NCBI GenBank assembly: GCA_036172245.1
Contig: JAYWIR010000003.1
Location: 4,278,001-4,342,000, forward strand
Origin: Raillietiella orientalis
Taxonomy: Eukaryota
Reading direction: 5' to 3'
Length of the DNA stretch: 64,000 bases
Position numbers and translations under genes: made by a program. Positions 51,540 through 63,900 of the stretch are shown here, one piece after another. The notes below the pieces were generated by a model. It saw only the letters and a program-made list of their open reading frames with translations, did not search any database and had not been told where the DNA came from. Position 1 is the stretch's first letter. Each line of letters opens with the position of its first letter.

Positions 51540-52300
51540 AGTCCGTGGATTTCTCACCCGGATTTGCCAGGGCATTTATTCCGAAGAATAAAAGTACATT
51601 ACATTATTTCTGCGGTGAGCCTCCTGGCTCTCCACGTCACAGCAGCTTGTCGGTCACTATTTGCCCGGATACATTTTCTAGATCCTGTTCAGGATACCAA
51701 CAAGATGAGTGCTTTCATTACCCAAGTGGGGCCATCTAGATGCGGTTCTCAAAAAGATCCAGGTCCAGTGGATGGCATCCCTGCCATTCTGGCCTCTTCT
51801 GGATGCGTTCCATGCCGCCAGGATTCCGCGAATACAGCAAAACACTGCTTTGGCCGCGGCCGGGGGCAGAGTGGCACGCATAAAGAGACGCCTAAAAATG
51901 TCCCTGGACCACCTCCTTTAATGTTCAGGATTGTCGATAGACGACAGTCCGTGGGCTGGTGGTGGTGGTGGGCAATCCATGCGCCAGATGCTAGGAATGA
52001 ATAGGTCCAGGAGAAAGCTCGGATGGCAACGGAGACCGAGAAGGCATCCAAGCAACGGAAGACTTCCGATCCATTCGGAGCTTTCCGTTCCCCTGAGAGC
52101 CCGCGCGGAAGGTCGCAGCGATACCGCTCTCCAGCTTCCTTTCCCTTTGGGGAGGGGAGCCGCACTACCCTGAGACCCGGCGGGAGGCAGAGTCTATCAC
52201 TTCCAAGATTGGATGCTTGAGACTGCGTGGCGATCTTGTACCAGCGCTTCAGGTTACGACCAAGCTGAAGCTTCAGGTGCCGACGGCGGAAGACCGCTAA
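51540..52300 (+). mobile_element. RT N-terminal fragment
   Basis: AFITQVG...KDPGPVDGIPAIL (~51750-51790, KxPGPDGI), then KTSDPFGAFRSP. Confidence 0.65.
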
Positions 52301-53199
52301 TCCGCATCATCACAGAGCTTGTCTGGTCCGAATGCGACCATGACACTCCCTCGGATCTCGAACCAGTGGAAGGAAGTCCCGGTCCAAGAGCTGCGGGCCG
52401 CAGTTTTCCACCGACCCAGACGCCGATCACCTTCCGAGGTCCTCCTCTGAGGCGACGAGGGAGCGAGGCCGACAGGGAATTAGGCGGACCTTCCGAGGCG
52501 GATCCTCGGAGGAGGGCTCGCGCGGAAGGCAGCGTCGGCGCTGCCAGCGAAGCGCCGCGGACGCAGCATCGGTCCGCGTGGCTGCGTGCGTTCCGAGCGC
52601 ACAAGGTGGGCCTCCGAGTCGGAAACGCACCCCCGGCAGGTAACAGAGATGTCGCCCGAGACGGTCGCGTCGCTCTTTCATCCCCCGAGCCACCACCATA
52701 GAAACAGATAGCGTGGGTCGTCGTAATTAATAGCCCTAATCATCCCGGGAAGAAAGACCTTCGAGAGCAGTCCAGGCGTTCCATTCTTCTTGTTTCAGTA
52801 GCTCGTCCGGTGTGGCGAAGCGGCTTGTGCGGTCTGCTGTCGCGTCTCCATGACACCAGAAAAAGACGAAGATTTATACTCGTTTTAACCGTTGTAGAGA
52901 GCTCCCGCGCAAGAAAGAAATGCCTCACCTAATGAGGGAAATTACGGGAAGAGCATGATGGGATTTTCCGATCGAAGGAGATTTCCTCTTTTTTTTCCTT
53001 TTTTTTTTTTTCTGTTCCCCCGGAAATTACTAGAACTCTTCCTCGAAAGAGCTCTTGGAAATTCGTTATCAGGAACTACCGGCTCGTCGTGGAGCCCGTG
53101 GTTATCCGCAGCTCTCGACAACGTCCTGGCTCAGAGAAACAACTGCGTGTCCGGTGATTCTCAAAGATGGCGGCAGAGAGGGGGGGGGGAGAGGAAGGG

Positions 53200-53640
53200 A
53201 GGAGGAGAGGAGCTTTCCCCCCTGGAATGGTTGCGACCAAGTGCACTCTGAGACGGCTTGGAGTCTCTCCTCACTGTGCACAAGAAAAACAAACAAGGGT
53301 GGGTTCGCGCAGTTTCCTTCGTAATGAAGAAGAGAGAAAATCTGCCCCCGGAGGGCAGTCTTCTACCAAAGTCCTTCCGTGGGTGAAGTTCTTCATGGAA
53401 TGCGTGCAGATGTGATCGGATGAGGCGAGCGGGAATGGAGAACAGAAGCAGCCGGCTTCTTGTTCCAAGAGTCTCCTAAAGATGGAAGCCATGTGGGCAC
53501 GAATTCATCTTTCCTGTTTGCTTTCGCATCCGATTCTTCAGGACTCATCCGCGTCTACGGCACCTCTTCCCCCCTCCTTTACCGAGAAACCAAGCACGAC
53601 TGAAGAGAAATCGCATCGTTTCAGATTAAGGTCCGAGGGT
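53200..53640 (-). mobile_element. RT N-terminal fragment
   Basis: NFTHG..VEDCPPGAD...CAQ*GETPSRLRVHLVATIPGGK (cf. GxxPxxWxxAxVxxIPK). Confidence 0.5.
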
Positions 53641-53659
53641 CACGAAACCCGAGAGTCTA

Positions 53660-54320
53660 AGGGTGACCCCACCTGACCTCTTGCTGGCTGAACCTCACAC
53701 TGCCTTCCCAGGGATTGTTGGGCTCCTGAGTGCATTTGGAGGAGTTCCGATTCTCGTCAGCGTGCTGAGAAGAGACGTCAGCCTGGAGCCACGTCGACAG
53801 GCGGCAACTGCAGTCAAGGAAGGCAGCCGCCAATCGTTGCAAATGAGTCCCTAAGGGGAAAAATTCAAGGTCGCCGTTTGAACTCTTCGGGGCAGGAAGA
53901 TTGCGTTGAGACGCACGAGATGTGACGTGCAACCAGAACGCTTCGGCGGGATGCCAGGGATTTCTGTCCGGAGCAGGAGAGCAGCGAAGGATGGAAAAGT
54001 GTAAAACCGGTTGATACGCCACCCGGGAGCTGAAAATCCTCGCGGATCGCTGGACCTGGAAGGGCTCGTCTGGGATTCAGCACGCGACCCGCGCGTGCGC
54101 CCAGCGGAAAGCCGCTCCCTCCGATTTCCAAGAAACCTCGTCCTCGTTCGAAGCCGCCGCGAGGGGAAGCACTGCGATTCCATTTGCAGCCACCAACCAG
54201 CCGTTCGCCTTGCAATCCTTCAGCACAATCAAAGGGGGGATTCACTCGTGAAGGATGATTTCCTGACGAGCATTCCGGAGGACACGCGCGGGCGACTGAT
54301 GCAGGAGATGACGCGTTTTT
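53660..54320 (+). mobile_element. LINE 5' relic (possible gag + APE start)
   Basis: VRLAILQHNQRG...RLMQE (54200-54310, APE ILQxNxxG...QE), then abrupt loss of similarity. Confidence 0.5.
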
Positions 54321-54659
54321 GAGGAGGGAAGGTCCGTCGGAGCAGAAGTTTTCGCTCCCATCTTGCGGAGCAGCTCGCTCTCGGAAAGCTTGTGAGCGCC
54401 GGCACGTGCCGTTCGCGACCAGAAGATGAGGTTGCCCCCCCTCCTCCCCATTTCCGGATGCGGCAACAACTCGTGGGGTGAGAGGGAATCTGTTCGCTCG
54501 GATGGTGCGTCTCTCGGATGCGCTGGAAATCGAAGGCTTCGGCAGCCGGCGTTTGGATGGCGTGCTGACGTGCCGCTCACCCGCGCGTCAGCACGCTCAC
54601 CCGGTGAGAAAGAGAGGTCCAGCCCGCATCCCGCGCAGGAGGGGAAACCTTAGAAACGA

Positions 54660-55130
54660 GCAGACATGAGGAACCGTAGCGGGGTCAGCATTCGGGGCCA
54701 GAGGTGAGGGGGACACGTCCTCTTTCAATTTTCTCTGGTGAATCAAGGGGCTCCCCCCACTTGCATTCACCAGGTGGTCTAGCCTTCGTGGGGGCCTGGA
54801 AGCAGAGCTGGCGGGCACGGAGTAGCCATAAATGCGTAGAGGCATCTCGGGAAACGCCGTGGTAATTTCGAGGAGTCATAAATAGATACAGAAGCAGAGA
54901 ATCCTCAGGGACCCCAAGCACTTTAACAGCTTGCCACGGCGAACGCAGCAACCAGGAGCCACTGGCCATGTCGAATGCATTTGGGTCACGAGAGGTCAGA
55001 AATGTGGAGGTCAGCGATGGACGCACCGATCACGAGCTCCGATGCCGCCAACCAAGAACCTCCCCGGGTGGAGAAACCCCTGCGAGCTCTGGGACCCCTC
55101 GCGGTGGTTCGCCGACAAGACGCCGCTTTA
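54660..55130 (-). mobile_element. RT core fragment
   Basis: TFLTSRDPNAFDMASGSWLL...LGVPEDSLLLYLF (cf. FLDxxKAFD...LL...LGV). Confidence 0.6.
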
Positions 55131-56049
55131 AAGAGCTATCCCAGAGAGTGAAGAGTGCTTGGAAGAGGGCGCTGTTCCCGCTTCCCGCCTATTGCGGAGG
55201 GGCAGCTCGCCTGCCCCGCTCGCTGTTCCTCTTCCGGCAGCCGCGGCGCCGCCGGAGCGGCGTGCACACGGCGGGACGCTCCCCGCATCGTTCGCCGTCG
55301 GTGCCTGCCGTCTGCTTCGGCTGCCGGGCTCCTCGGAGGAGGCTGCTGCTGCTGCGGCAGCGGCAAAGGTTGGAAGAGGGAGGAGGAGAAAGAGAGAGAG
55401 ACGGGGACACGCAAAGATACGTTCCGCCGGATCTGCTCCATTCATCATCCGCGCTACTCGCGCGCGGAACACCGGGAAGTGTTGTGATGAATTAATGACA
55501 CGCAGCAGCACTCCCTTTTGTAGGAGTTTTCCCGCCTAGGCTTCCGGAGACATCCATCATCGCGGCTGTCAACGGCAATTTGCAACAGACGCAGATGCCG
55601 AAATTTTGAGGGTGGAGGGAGAAAGGGGAGGAGGGAGGAGGCAGTGAAGACGGAACCGACTCACCTACCCCGTGGTTCTGACGGGGGCCCGGACCGATTG
55701 CCCCCCATCCCCGTTCCAGTATCAGGACGCGGGGGCGGGAGCGCAGCACGAGTCCTGTCGGAATTTTATCCCGAGAGAACTGCGAAGGCGATGGTGGCGT
55801 AAGGACGGAGATGCAATGGAAGAGCGGGAGAAAAGGAGCAAAAAAAAGAGGAATAAAAGAGGAGGCGGAGCAAGGCTGCTAGGAATTTGGGGGCATCTGT
55901 GGAGCAGGTTCGTCGTCAAGGGAAAGCTCCCCCTCCCATCGAGGGAAAGGTAGACTCTCGCGCGCTGCGAATGTCCTGATCTGCTTCTCCTCCTCGTTTT
56001 CCCAGCTCATCCACCATGAAAAACTCGGCTCCTCCCGGAAGAGAGGTTC

Positions 56050-57010
56050 CCGGCGACCCTCAGAGACAGCCTATCGATCGATCACCTTCCTGGAAGTGCC
56101 GGCACTGCTGACCCGCTTTTCAACCCAGGATGCAGCCTCCATCGCTCGTTGCCCGGCAACCTCACGACCCGATGGAGCGATCTCCGAATGGCTGTTTTGC
56201 CCTTCGATCTTTCGACTCTCGGTCTTCCTCGACGCTCCCGACTCTCCCTTGCGGAAGGACCGAGGAGCCGCTGCCGTCTTCTCCGAGACGCTTTTATGGC
56301 CTTTGAAGCCACGTGCGCCCGTCGTCGAAGACGTCGTCTTGTTCATCCCGGTCGTTCGGCAGCCACTGCCAGTCTGGAAATGAAGTCGTTCCTCTCCTCC
56401 GTACTCCGGGAATCCACATGTGCGTGAGCCTGGGGAACGGAGCACTCGTCGAAATCCCACGGGGAGTGGTAAAACGCCGCCGGAGTCCGGTCTGGAAAGT
56501 GCGCAGGTGAATGGAAGAGCGGCGGCCGACGGGATTTCGGAAAATCCAGCGAGTCACCATGGACACCGACGGATCCCTGCTTGGACCCCAACCACTGCTG
56601 CGCTTTCGAGAGAGCGCTCGCGGTGGTAGCGGCTGGCGTTGTGCTGCGGGATGCAGGCGGCTGGTCTGAGCGCGCCCAGCTCCACACGAACTCTTCAGGC
56701 TTCCGCGGGAATCCACACGTGGATATCCCTCCCCGCGCCCGCATTCGCAAACTTTCCTCCGCTCGAGTCCATTTTCTTCCCCGAGAATCCGCAAGTCCCA
56801 GTAAGGATCACTGGTGTCGTCCGCGCCTGGCACAGAGGAGGGCGCCAAAGGCACAGCGAATTCTGACGAGCTGCTCTCCTTTCGCCTCGGATAGGATATC
56901 ACCTCAGGGGAAAGAGGAAGCGGCCCTCTGTGCAACGCCCCAGGAGCGCTGCACTCCCGTAGGCGAAACCCCGGCACGCAGGAGCGTAAGGGACGGAACA
57001 ATTCTCGAAC
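56050..57010 (-). mobile_element. Internally deleted RT + RNase H relic
   Basis: GALHRGPLPLSP (QG..LSP), PGADDT (~56815-56830, YADD), SSGWG (thumb), HMWIPG (~56405-56423, RNase H WIPGH). Confidence 0.6.
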
Positions 57011-58374
57011 CTTGATGAGGAGTGGAACGAGAAAGGAATCCGTGAGGGCCGCTGGGAGATGTGGCAGGAAGGGGCTCCATGCAGATGACGCGCCTGGAGG
57101 CTCCGGCAGAGGACCTTCTGCCTTCCTCCCGGACAAACTCTCCTCACGACCGGATGGTCTCGGAAGAGGGCCGGAAACGGCGGTTCCCTGCGGCGCCCGT
57201 GCCTGTGCAGGGCTCACTCGGTCCGCTCTACCTTCTTACGCTCGCTCCCAGGTTCCCCCAACTCGCTTCTAGGAGCCCCCGTCCACGGCGGTCGTAGTTG
57301 CTCGTGATCCCTCTGTTTTTCACCCAGCCCACGAAACCCAAGTGAAGCCCCTCCTTTCGTAGGCGAAGAAGAGCCTCTCGCTGGCGTCAGCTAGCCGCCA
57401 GCAACCCCTCCTCATCGGAAAGCTCTGAGGGACACCCGGCCGATGAAGTCGAACCTCTCAACTCGTCACCCATTCCTCCTCCTTCCTGGAATCAAGGAGG
57501 AATGACTGCCAAAAGGGGGGAAGGGGTGGGCGATCGGCTGTCTGAGCCAAACTCCCCGGGACAGAGGTCCCCGGAGGAGGGAAAGAGGCCGGCGCGAGAG
57601 GAAGCGGAAGCGAAGGTGCCTCTTCTGACTCCACTGGAGAGAGTGCGCAACTGCTCCCAGAGCTGGACGAAGAGCTCCCATCCCTCTCTCTTCCCTTCCT
57701 CCTCCTCCTTTTCATTCCTCTTCCTCTTCACTCTTCCGTTGTGTCTTCCCCTACTGCCGCAATCCGTTCCCCTCCTCCCTCGCAACAGGAGCGCAGCAGT
57801 TTCGGTTGCGACCCCGACGCAACCCGTGGTCGCGCTCATCCACGAAGCACTTCCGGAAGATGCGCGGAGACACGCGTTTCCCGCCCTCGTCCTTTCGAGT
57901 GTGCGCCCGTTTTTCCGCGCGAAAGCGGGGAGAGAGGGATGAGGCCTCCAGGAGGGAGGTTTCGCTTCCATGAGTCACACTTAATTGCATCCCGTCGCAC
58001 TCCCCTTCCCTCTTTCCACTCCACCCCGAATCGATTCCCGGAGTACTTCCGAGCGCGCGCTCAACCCTTTGATCTCCTAATCGGATAATCTGGAAGAACA
58101 ACGCAGGCAAAAGACCGGAAGCAGTTCCTTGGGAGCGACGAAAGCCGGAGGGGAAACAGTGATCTCCTGACAAGTCAGTGCACGGGATGCCTCGCAGCTG
58201 ATGACGCCCGCCCGTTTTTGCTCTCGTGACCGCTACATCGCCTTCCCGCAGCTGCCGGTGGAAGGGCGGCCGCGACAGCGAAGCTCGGGAGGCGCTCGCG
58301 GGGCTGCACCTTAGAGACAGAGGGCCTCCTCGACCATCACTGCTCTTCCTGGAGAACCGTGCGAAGACTTTGCT

Positions 58375-58565
58375 CCCTTCCACCTCTTCCTCCGCCTTTT
58401 CCCTTCCTCTTCCCTCCCTCCTCCTCTTCCCTCCCTCCTCCTCCTCCTTTCCTCCTCCTCTTCTTTCTTTCCTCTCTCCTTCCTCCCACTCCTCCCTTAC
58501 TCTCTTTTTCCTCCTGCTCCTCCTCCTTTTCTCCTCTTCTTCTTTTCCTCCTGCTCCTCCCCCCG
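58375..58565. repeat. Pyrimidine-rich (CCT/CTT) low-complexity tract
   Basis: Almost exclusively C/T on the + strand. Confidence 0.9.
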
Positions 58566-58629
58566 CTCATTTTTGTGGGAAGAACGGTTTGGCCCTCTGC
58601 CTTCACCTTTCCACCCTTCCTTAATTGCA

Positions 58630-59200
58630 AACGCAGCTCGGGAGAAGCAGAGCGTGGCTGCTGCTGGCGTCCATCTCGAGGCCGGTTGCCGATCCCCCTC
58701 GGCAAAGGAAGGCAGCAATTCCAGGGGTCATGCCCTCGTCCTGCTTTGCAAAGGATCATTGAGAAGATCCCACTGATTGAAGATGACTTGAGGGCCCACT
58801 TACATCATCTCCGTGAGGTTCAGGCGGGTCCTGGGAGAGTCCACGGAGCAGCTCCCTAGGTGAAGCCTCCTTGCTCTCAGAGAGGAAACCACCCACCGCA
58901 AAAGCAAAGCGTACGACCGCGTTTCCTGAGGCTCGCGGTCCGGGTTGCGTGTCAACGCTACTCTGAATTCCTCTCCCTAGTGGCAAGGCGGGTGCTGTGC
59001 ATAGCTAACAGGCACAGCATTTCTTCCCTTTGCTCTTCGGAATGATGCTCCAGACATCTTCAGCATCCTCTTCCCCAGTAAGCAGGGATTTGTTCGTTCT
59101 TCTCCTTCCTTTGGTCACCATTGCGGACCTCAAGACCCTTTGGTGATGCCTCCTCTTATTGTGGCATCCTTGGGACGAGAGTTGATTTCCAGCATCGAGT
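58630..59200 (-). mobile_element. Decayed RT fragment
   Basis: VWSIIPKSKGKKC, GFLSESKEASPR, IAAFLC...MDASSSHALLL in RT order. Confidence 0.5.
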
Positions 59201-59304
59201 ACCAGGGATGCTGGCGTCTCCCTGCGGCGCAGCTTCCTGTACTTTCGTCTATGTAACCGAAGATGTTTCACCGTTTCTCTGTTCCCCTTCCTGCTCTTCC
59301 TAAG

Positions 59305-59930
59305 TGCTCGAGTTGGCGGCCACATGGCTGCGGTCCCCTGGCGTGGCTCACCAGGGGTTGCGGGTTGGAATCCCGCCCAAGGAAGAAAGGATCGAATCCG
59401 AGTACGGGGGTGCGTCGTGGGTTTTGATTCCTTCCTTCCCGCAGGATGACTCTGGCTAGCGTATTCGGGTGTGGCATGAGTGGAAGCCGGAAACCCCCCC
59501 CTGCTCCCGGGCTTTCCCTTCGCCGTTGCCCTCCGGTTGTGCAAATGGAGCCTCCCCCTCCCCCTTCCTGATGGAGAGATCCTCCATCGAGTACCATGGA
59601 GCTGATGGATTGATGGCACCTCTCCAGAGTGTGAAGAAGCGCTCTGCTCCCTTCGGGGAGCACCCAGCTTCAGAAAAATTGGGAAGAGTCCCTTCGGAGT
59701 TCTCTTCCAAGGAGCAGCAAGAAGCGGTTTCCTTGCAGGCTCCCTCCGGAGAAGAAATTCCAGGGTTTCCTTCGTAGGTGGAAGAGAGGAGTTCTGGAGA
59801 GAACCCTCTGGAGAGAATAAGGTAGAGATTCCCTTCGAGGTTCCCTTCCAAGAGTAAGAAGAACGGACTTCTTCATCCGGAGCCTTCCTGGATTCATACA
59901 GTGCTCTCCTTTCGGGGTACTCCCTACTCT
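59305..59930 (+). mobile_element. Candidate SINE, copy 4 (3'-truncated)
   Basis: A-box-like tggcggccacatgg (59314), stem cccctgg..ccagggg, T-arm gcggg-ttggaat-cccgc (59360-59376); body aligns with copies 1 and 2 up to ~59930. Confidence 0.7.
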
Positions 59931-60019
59931 TTCTTCCTGCTTCCGAAAAGTTGCCTCTTGAGTGCTCGAGAGGGTCAGTGATGCTCCTTTTCCGAGAGCC
60001 TGCCTTCCCCGACTCACCA

Positions 60020-60460
60020 ATTCAAGAGCCAGTGCAGCCAATACGCACGCACGCACCCAAAAGAGACGGTGCGCAGTCGTAAACGAGCACCTTGAGATTC
60101 TTTCCATGTCTGCACGCATCCGCGGTCCCTGTTTGGCCTGAACTACCAGTTCTTCCGCCGCCGAGTGTCAGCAGTCCTCTTCGCCATCCGCTGCGGAAGC
60201 CAGGAGTTCCCGTACGTTCCTGGAGTACCAGGAACATACGGGAACTAGCTAGGCGCAGAGACAGCGCCGTACAGTAACCAGCGCCTCCGAGGGGTACGTA
60301 CCCTACATTCACCACGCTTCCCTGGACACCGCGCAAGCCTCCGCGCAATGGAACGCCAGGATCCACCTGTGGCCCCAAGCGACGCGGCATGCCCGCTTGG
60401 CGCCAATAGCGGAACCGCGCTCCCGACAAAGTCCTCACCTGGACAGGGACCACCTCGCTC
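60020..60460 (-). mobile_element. Possible gag-like relic
   Basis: PGVPL...GSVVNV...TALSLRLAS...ACRHG...DC; weak resemblance to LINE ORF1. Confidence 0.25.
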
Positions 60461-60999
60461 TGGAACGCTAGCAGCCCACCTGCCCTCGGACAGCAGCGCC
60501 TCAGCGGCTCCGACCCCGTGCAACCTCTGGGGAGAGGCCTCCGCAGGAGGTGCGACGCCAGGAATCTTAGCGAGCGGGCACGCGTCCCGCCATCCTTGCA
60601 GCGCGTCCTCCCTGTGGGAGTGCGGTCGAAGTGTCCAACCGGAGGCGCTCTCCTCGCGATGGGGTTTCCCGTGCAACCAACGCCGCCGTCACCGGGAGGG
60701 AGGGAGCACTTGGGGCTTCGGGGGCAGAAGGGGAGGAAGAGGAAATAGAAGTGAAGGGGGAAGAGGGGAAGGAGAAATGGATGGAGGATGAGGAGCGTCC
60801 GTCCATCCTCTGGCAGAATTTCTCCTCCTTCGGCGTGCAGAGGAGGAGAACGTGGCGGGACGGTCTCGCTCGTCTTCCGAAGAGGAGGACGCCCAGATCG
60901 CGGGAAGAGAAGACGCAGGACAGAAAGAAAGCCCTTCTTGCTCCCTTATTTCCCGGACGCACTCTCCCTCGACTGTGGTTTCTTTTTTTATCTGCGCGT

Positions 61000-61600
61000 G
61001 TTGCCTCCCATCCCCCCTCGTGAGGTGCGCCTACCTGGCTCACTTTTTGCTCGTCTGCAGGGCGGCACACGTGTCGGCGTTTCTCGAGTCGTGCCCTGAG
61101 GGTGCGCGCGAGTGCACGTTTTCTTGAGTGGCGTAAGGGTCCTGGCGTGACCTGGTTGGAAATCCATCGCTTCGAGTCCTGTGGCATCTGGAGGGGAGAC
61201 AAAGCCATGGAAACGCGGAAGGGGGGTTTCCCATACGAGAGGCACCTTCTTTGCCTGCAGGTGCCGCTCTGGCGGGCGGGGGTTCCAGGAACTACCCCGT
61301 AGCTCCGGTTCTCCGAAGCTCTTCCGCTTGCCCCCTTCCCGGTCGTCGTTTCCAGCCACCGGCCCGTGCGGAATCGATCTGCTGTTGAACGAGAAAGTCC
61401 CGGAACCCCCTGGAAGCTTCGGGGACGGTGACCTTCGGGGTCGCATTGCCGTCCACGAATTCCTCCGGCCCGTCGGGCGGTGGAGCCGTTTATCCATCCC
61501 GGAACCCCATTTTTCATCTCGAAGGTTCCTGGAAAACTCATAACTGTACCTCGTCTTTCACGACGGGAAGCGCCCATGTCCGCGCAGTTCCGCGTGCTCT
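61000..61600 (-). mobile_element. Decayed RT fragment
   Basis: SFPGTFEMKNGVPGWINGS (cf. NGVPQGS) followed by LSRSTAD at the YADD position. Confidence 0.5.
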
Positions 61601-62828
61601 GGAGGCTGACATCCGTTCCTCGTTTTATTTTTATTTTTTTCCTGGAGGGACTGCTACGCGACCACCGCTCGCGATCTCCCCGGTCGGTGGAAGCGTTCTT
61701 TCCTCTCAGTCGTTCTGAGCTCTTCCTGACGAACGAGCTCCTTGCACCTTCCAAGACAAGCAGCGATCATCTCGGGATGCTGGCGACGCGCCACCTGCAG
61801 CGGGGGCAGAGCTGCCGCGAAAGGTCATCCCTCCCGCGCGCCGGAGAGATGAGGGCTCTGGCCGAGGAATGAGGACGCTTGGCCGCCCCCACCGGGTGCG
61901 CAGGGCGCCTGCTCACCGAAGCGCGCCTTGCGGAAACTTTGCGGAGGAGAGGAGGAAGGGCGCCGCTGAAGACGGGGAGGGGCGGCCCGCGCGATCTCGC
62001 GGGGTTCGCACAGCCACTCGCTGGTTTCCGGGCAGCGCACCCCACTCTCGTGGTTCAGGTTCCTCGGATGACTGGGTACGCCGGCCGCAAGCTTCCTCCG
62101 TCGCGAGAGAGCTTCCGAAAGATGGACCCTCCCTGGAGGTGGTGCATCCTGGTTACACTCGCTCGGCCGCTCACGCGCGTCTGCATAGAAGAGGGCCCGG
62201 AGTGTTGCTGCTCGGTCGGGGGAAGGAGGAAGGAAAGGGTGAAGGGAGGAAGAATGACTTTCTGCCTCCCTGATGAAGACGACTCCGAGAGGAAACCGCT
62301 CGTTGCTAAGGTTACTCTGCGGCGTGGCGTGCTGTTTCTCGCATCACAGCCTGCATTCTCGCGGAGCGTCGTCCTCTGTGTGTCGGAGAGCAGCCGTTAA
62401 TCCCGCGATGGATCCCGGGAGCACGCTCTCCCGCAGAGAGCGCGCCAAGCCGGATGGCGCGCGCCTGCCGCTTCCTCGTTCCGGAGGGGAAAGGGGAATG
62501 CACCCCGGCTCGCCGGAGCGCCTTCACTCCTGGAAAATGGAAAAAAAAAAAAAGAGAGGGAGAGCGAAGAGAGGAGAGGGAGGCGAGAAGGCAAACGATC
62601 CCTGGGGGCACGTCGCCCATTCCTTTTGTTTGGAAGCAGAGCACGCTCGCGTACGCGCAGGACGGATGTGGCCACACCGGCAACGGGCGGACGCCGGAGA
62701 ACGTCGGCGAACACGCACGCGCGTTGCACGAAGAGCCAGGCCCATCCACGCCACGGGATGAAAGAGATCCTCCTCTGCTGCTCGGTGCGCGGCCCTCCCC
62801 GGCGAGACGACAGCAATGCAACATCCCA

Positions 62829-62899
62829 GATGGCTGCAGATTCGGGAACGGCCGACCTTTCAGTCCGCTTGGTCGGCCGTTCCCGAATCTGCAGCCATC
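62829..62899. repeat. Perfect inverted repeat, 29 bp arms, 13 nt loop
   Basis: gatggctgcagattcgggaacggccgacc-tttcagtccgctt-ggtcggccgttcccgaatctgcagccatc. Confidence 0.95.
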
Positions 62900-63254
62900 C
62901 GGGTCGGAGAAATGCCCGGGTTTTCTCTTCTGCAGCAAAGCAGATCCTCCTACCTAGTCTTTCAAGGAGGTCTCCCCGCGGAGGAAGTCTTTTTTGGTAT
63001 CGAGGAACCCCACAGGGTCTTCCAACAAGCCTTTTCGTTCCCTCCGCGTTAGCACTCATCCTGCCTGCTTCCCCTCCCCTCGCCCCTCCCCTCTCCGAGG
63101 TCGGTCAGGCTGCGCCAGACATCCACATCTCTGTCCCGGCACCCGACAAGATTCATCCCTCTCCGAGGTTCGCCGGCGCTCTTCACTCAGGAACCACCCG
63201 TGGGATAGGACGAGGAGGGAGCCGCGCGCGTGGTCTGCCGGGACACTCAGGCGC

Positions 63255-63350
63255 TGAGGGAAGAGGGAAGGAAAAGGAAGAAGGATGAGGAAGAGAAAAA
63301 GGGAGGAAGGGAGGAGGAAGAGGAAGGGAAGAAGAAGGATAGAGGAAGGA
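63255..63350. repeat. Purine-rich low-complexity tract
   Basis: GGA/GAA-rich run. Confidence 0.85.
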
Positions 63351-63449
63351 CGTCCATCCATCCTTTGGCAGCCTTCGCCTTCTTTGGAGTGCAGAGGCTT
63401 TCCAGGCCTTCAACACCCCCTCCCCCTCCCTTCTCTTCCCTTCTGCTCA

Positions 63450-63900
63450 GAGCGAAACGCCTCATTCTCCAGTGGAGTCTGCATTTATCCTTCTCTTCAA
63501 AGAGCGCTGCCCCCACAGAGCTGGGAAGGGAAGGGGGCATTCCAGCAACGGGAGTCCTTGACCTCGAGCCGCTACCCCCCACCTCTGCTGGAGGCGGTGG
63601 GTGGTCAGGAAGCCAATTCTCCGACTTCACTCCCGCGCTCCTTCGGAATTCCGCAGTGACCACGTCTGCGGATCCCCGACTCAGCAACAGGGGACCCTCC
63701 CCAGGACGGATCGGGGAAACTCCTTGGTGGGGCTTGCGCTGGGCAAGACAAGGCGTTGGGAATGACAGCGAATCTCCCGTATGAAGGCGGTGGAGGGAAG
63801 AAGGGGCGAGGGAAGCTGCTCATATGGGATTGCGAATAACAGCGACCGGCGGCGCACTCCAGGGAACAGCGCGCGTCCCTCACCTTCGCCTGCGTTTCGG
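63450..63900 (+). mobile_element. Possible APE relic
   Basis: RLILQWSLH (APE ILQWN), IGETPWWG, VGNDSESP. Confidence 0.45.

Noticed and set aside
59305..59390. Bona fide tRNA gene
   Set aside because: The T-loop is mutated (TTGGAAT), there is no clear D-arm or acceptor stem, and it is embedded in a dispersed repeat.
60567..61754. 395 aa ORF (and other 200-300 aa ORFs such as 371-1171, 1085-1828, 26723-27487) as host genes
   Set aside because: R/S/G/P-rich translations are expected from GC-rich DNA; the only recognisable content is eroded RT motifs.
62268..62300. Hammerhead ribozyme core (CTGATGA...GAAA); CTGATGA also at ~21459, 32959, 48322 and 58198
   Set aside because: No convincing stem II or stem I/III pairing could be formed.
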